Shown in pieces: positions 60,701-64,000 of a stretch of 64,000 nt of DNA. The stretch lies in the IMG/VR virus record IMGVR_UViG_3300029288_000087; one strand, 5' to 3'. Both the position numbers and the translations under genes were made by a program. Numbering within the stretch: the stretch's first letter is position 1; each line of letters starts with the position of its first letter. Below the pieces are notes generated by a model. That model was given only the letters and a program-made list of their open reading frames with translations, did no database searches and was not told the origin of the DNA. This DNA is from an uncultured virus (IMG/VR IMGVR_UViG_3300029288_000087). Taxonomy: Duplodnaviria > Heunggongvirae > Uroviricota > Caudoviricetes.

Positions 60701-61500
60701 GCGACGCTCCGCTTCTTGAACACCGTGGTCGCGCACCCCAGCCTCTGCAACTTCTCCACAGATACTGGGCACGCGACGCCGCTGGAGCTTATCTCCCAAG
60801 CGTCGTACCCGCCCTCCATCATCTCAACACCGAACCTCTTCGCGTAGTGAGGACGCCAGCTGCACACAAAGATCGGAGGCTTCTCTGTGGATAGGATACC
60901 GGAAGCTCCCGACACGACCTCTGGTTCAGCCCCGCACGCGCCGCAGAATATCACGTCTGGAACACTCGACAGGGCGAAGTCAAGATTCGCCACTTTCACG
61001 TCCAGCGACATCCAGTCGTCAGCGCCGCAAACGATAGACCCTTCCATGGGAGAACGGGGCGGGCACCTGAGATCGTGACTTCCGCAGACATCGCTCACCG
61101 CGCACTCGTGTACGTCAGTGACGGCAGAGAGCCCGTTGAGCCTCAGATTATCCATCAGCAAGGGAACCAGCTGTGGGTTCGGCTCGAACGCGTCCACGTG
61201 TCCGTTCTCACCAACGAGATGAGCGAACAGCATAGTGTAGTAGCCAACGTTCGCGCCGATTTCCACGACGTGCATCCCGCGACGGATGATCCCGCACATG
61301 GCAGCTGTTATCCAGCTTTCCCAGTAGCCATCGAACACGACATGTGGCGCAAACGTCGTGTCCGAAGAGAGCACGAACGTCTTGAACATCCCAAGCGTGT
61401 GGCAAAGCACTCTATCCGGCGGGAATGAAACCGCCCTAACTTTGCTGCGAGAGAACTCTTCAATCTTCTGAGGAGTGGGGTTGCTCAGGTAAATCGACAT
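60697..61500 (-). CDS. FkbM-family methyltransferase
   Basis: VVEIGANVGYYT, VDAFEPNP. Confidence 0.85.
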   Translation of the reverse strand: MSIYLSNPTPQKIEEFSRSKVRAVSFPPDRVLCHTLGMFKTFVLSSDTTFAPHVVFDGYWESWITAAMCGIIRRGMHVVEIGANVGYYTMLFAHLVGENGHVDAFEPNPQLVPLLMDNLRLNGLSAVTDVHECAVSDVCGSHDLRCPPRSPMEGSIVCGADDWMSLDVKVANLDFALSSVPDVIFCGACGAEPEVVSGASGILSTEKPPIFVCSWRPHYAKRFGVEMMEGGYDAWEISSSGVACPVSVEKLQRLGCATTVFKKRSVA

Positions 61501-62291
61501 CACTTCCCCGCATTCGTCAGTGTGTCGTTGTACTCTTTCGCAGCGCGCAGAACGCTCATGTCCACCCCAACACTAGCGGCGGCAACGAGCATAGCGTTCG
61601 TATCCTTCGGCAGGCATTTCCCACCGAACCCCCTATACCCCTTGTGGAACACGTCCAAGTGCGTCGGCCCACACATCGGGTCCACTTCCGCCGCTCGACG
61701 TATATCCTCGTACTGTGCCCCAATCGCTTGCGACATGTCGTACATCTGGTTGGCGAACGACACCTTCACCGCGTACCAGCAGTTGGCGAAATACTTGACG
61801 AGTTCTGCCTCTGTGCTTTTCATCAGCAAGACGAACCCGGCTGGCGGCAGTAGCGACAACACCCGATGAAGAACTTGAGCGTCTCTGCTGCCCGCAAACC
61901 CCACAACGTGGCGCGCGGGGTGTAGAAAGTCGTCCACTGCTGTTGCGTCGGACAAGAACTCTGGCATGAATAGGATCGCCAAGGTAGGATGCTTGGCTTG
62001 TAGCGCCGCGGTAGTCCCCGGGGCCACGGTTGAGCGAATGACGACGATGATGCCCTCGCGAGCGGACAGCTTGCGCACAGCATCTTCGACAGCCGACACA
62101 TCGCATGCTCCATCGGCGCGTTCAGGAGTCGGCACGCACACGAATGCGACTTGACAATCGGCAACCGCATCCCAGTCGTTGTAGCCCTTCGCCGGATCGT
62201 AGACGGACAGCTCGCATCTGCTCGCGAGCCACTCTGCCATCGCGGCCCCTACCGTGCCGTGCCCAATGACCGCTACACGCTCTGCGCTCAC
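61500..62291 (-). CDS. UDP-glucose/GDP-mannose dehydrogenase family (short form)
   Basis: VIGHGTVG, FVCVPTP, IRSTVAPGTT, MPEFL, AELVKY, GFGGKCLPKD. Confidence 0.9.
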   Translation of the reverse strand: MSAERVAVIGHGTVGAAMAEWLASRCELSVYDPAKGYNDWDAVADCQVAFVCVPTPERADGACDVSAVEDAVRKLSAREGIIVVIRSTVAPGTTAALQAKHPTLAILFMPEFLSDATAVDDFLHPARHVVGFAGSRDAQVLHRVLSLLPPAGFVLLMKSTEAELVKYFANCWYAVKVSFANQMYDMSQAIGAQYEDIRRAAEVDPMCGPTHLDVFHKGYRGFGGKCLPKDTNAMLVAAASVGVDMSVLRAAKEYNDTLTNAGK

Positions 62292-62845
62292 GCCTGCCCC
62301 TCCGCCGCTGCCTCCGCGGGGGCCATCTGCACGAACGGCGCGGTCACCTGATACTTCGCAAACTTCTTGGACCCGATCTGCTCCACCTGCTTGCTCTCCC
62401 GAAGCTCCCGCATCGCGCGCTTCACCTGCGAGATCGACCAGTCGAACTGTGTGGCGAGCGAGCCATGGATCTCCGCCAGCGCGACCGGCTCCGCGAACCC
62501 ACTCAGGTAGCTCAGGATCTCGCGCTTCACGTCCTGCATCGGCGCAGCCTTGGACTTGCTCACGATGACCTTGCTCTTGCCGATCACCTTCTTGGCCCGC
62601 TGCATGAGCCCAGAACGCTTCTTCTGCACCTTACCCATCGGCTTACCGTCCCGGGCCACCTTGCGCGCCCCGCCCCGGCGATCCCCTCCCGCGTCCAGGT
62701 ACATCTCGTGCAGGAACTGCTTGTGCGCCTCGCAGTGCGCCTCCGCGAGCTTGTCCGTGATCTCTTTCGAGTAGAGCGGCCTGAGCGTCGCAAAAAACAA
62801 GTCGTAGAGCGACGAACGCGCCTTCTCGATCTTCTTTTGGGACAT
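62288..62845 (-). CDS. Basic protein with C-terminal winged-helix-like segment
   Basis: ILSYL...LAEIHGSL...SQVKRAMRELRESKQV; TTGACA box upstream at 62877-62882. Confidence 0.55.
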   Translation of the reverse strand: MSQKKIEKARSSLYDLFFATLRPLYSKEITDKLAEAHCEAHKQFLHEMYLDAGGDRRGGARKVARDGKPMGKVQKKRSGLMQRAKKVIGKSKVIVSKSKAAPMQDVKREILSYLSGFAEPVALAEIHGSLATQFDWSISQVKRAMRELRESKQVEQIGSKKFAKYQVTAPFVQMAPAEAAAEGQA

Positions 62846-62878
62846 GCGAAGAATGATTAGCCGAACAACAAGAATTTG

Positions 62879-63286
62879 TCAACGCGCCGTCATCGCACGA
62901 TAGGCGAGGAAGCCAAGGATCGCTGCGATGACCACGACGGCTGCGCGTGGCGAGGAGGCCACGGATGCTTGGATCACAGGGGGTTGCGTGATGACGATCT
63001 CGGACTCCGTTTCGTCAGGCGGCGTCTCTTCGTCTGGGACTTCCGGCGAAAGGGACGCGTACAAGTTCGATAGGGCCTGCTCGATGGCCGAAGCGTAGTA
63101 CCCGTCGATCTGAGGCTCGTCCCCGATGATGATGAGCGGCACCTGCTTGATGGCCGAGTCCTCGCCCGCGTCGTGAACGTTGACCGTGACGCCGTGGGAG
63201 GCCGGGTCCGACGCCATGATCTGCGCCTTCGCTTTTTCGCAATGCTCGCAATACGGTCGCGTAAAGATGTCGATCTGGGTTCTCAC
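62879..63286 (-). CDS. Glutaredoxin-like domain with C-terminal TM anchor
   Basis: IFTRPYCEHCEKAK, QVPLIII..IDGY, hydrophobic C-terminus; start uncertain. Confidence 0.65.
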   Translation of the reverse strand: MRTQIDIFTRPYCEHCEKAKAQIMASDPASHGVTVNVHDAGEDSAIKQVPLIIIGDEPQIDGYYASAIEQALSNLYASLSPEVPDEETPPDETESEIVITQPPVIQASVASSPRAAVVVIAAILGFLAYRAMTAR

Positions 63287-63323
63287 GCGTGCACCGCCCG
63301 GAGGATCTTCGGGGTGAGCCCGA

Positions 63324-64000
63324 TCATTTTTCGCTACCAGACGCTGCCGGTGCAACATCTAATGCCGATGCATCCTTCAGGTTACCCCGAAGGACGGGTT
63401 GATCTCCCAAAGCTCGCAGGAAGATCCCGCGAGCGCCATTGTAGTCTCGATCCATCGAGAGTCCCGTCTTCGCCGAGCGCACCACCTTCGAGCCGCCGAG
63501 CTTGGCGTTCACTTCACCCGTCCACGATACCGTCTTGCTCGTCCAAGCCTCGTTCTGATCGAGCACGAGCTTGCCGTACTCGAATGCCTTGTGCTTCAGA
63601 AACATCCTGAAACGGTAGTGGGCAAACGTCAGCATCGAACGCACCGACTTCGCCCGGAGCTTACGCGCACCTCGTTGCACCATCTCCTGCGTCTCGAACG
63701 GAGGCAGGATGATCACGTCGAAGCTCTTCACTAGAAATGCCGCCACCTTGTGATGCAGCTCGTCCACGAGGTTGTGGAGCCTGCTCTGCATGTTCAGAAT
63801 CGCGCGGCGCAAGTTCCGTTTTCGGAAGCGCTGCGTCTCCAGCTTGCGCCTGGAGATCAGATCGTCGATGTGCGCGCATAGCCGCTGAATCTGTCCAAAG
63901 TCACCGTCTCCGAGCTTGCCACAACCTGTCTCGGCGTAGAACGTTTGGAAGGATCGCACCCCGGGATCGAGAGCAACGACGCGCCCTTGGTTTTCGGCTG
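63324..64000 (-). CDS. tnpB: TnpB (IS607-type), 5' part outside window
   Basis: RVVALDPGVRSF (RuvC-I), LVDELHHK, LTFAHYRFR, NEAWTSKT, DRDYNGARGI; candidate right end ...AAATGATCGG near 63320. Confidence 0.85.
   Translation of the reverse strand, partial: AENQGRVVALDPGVRSFQTFYAETGCGKLGDGDFGQIQRLCAHIDDLISRRKLETQRFRKRNLRRAILNMQSRLHNLVDELHHKVAAFLVKSFDVIILPPFETQEMVQRGARKLRAKSVRSMLTFAHYRFRMFLKHKAFEYGKLVLDQNEAWTSKTVSWTGEVNAKLGGSKVVRSAKTGLSMDRDYNGARGIFLRALGDQPVLRGNLKDASALDVAPAASGSEK

Overview
High-GC, gene-dense window that reads as part of a large (jumbo-like) phage or phage-like element. It contains tightly packed short hypothetical ORFs and phage-type nucleotide/DNA genes (SNF2/HARP-like helicase, ThyX-like, MazG-like, ParB-like, Dam-type methylase, DUF932). 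It also carries two glycan-modification modules, a 1301-aa tyrosine recombinase, an IsrB/omega-RNA element and a partial IS607-type TnpB. I found no capsid, terminase, rRNA or CRISPR array, and the host cannot be determined. The standout is 24.9-34.4 kb on the minus strand. Sixteen unrelated small genes each have a shared leader: in the 15 intergenic units it is hairpin A - RCYR - hairpin B - (A)GCAGGAGCAAGUCA - start, and in the first leader a 131-nt tRNA-like cloverleaf replaces hairpin A. Upstream lies ~1.1 kb of non-coding, hairpin-rich DNA. It contains two separate segments (33401-33411 and 33553-33565), brought together by a GGATC/GATCC stem, that jointly match a contiguous 24-nt site at the far end of the array (24884-24907) exactly, and the leader motifs partially. 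This suggests an undescribed ncRNA-guided cassette system acting in translational control, RNA processing or recombination. The function is inferred; the sequence matches are directly visible.
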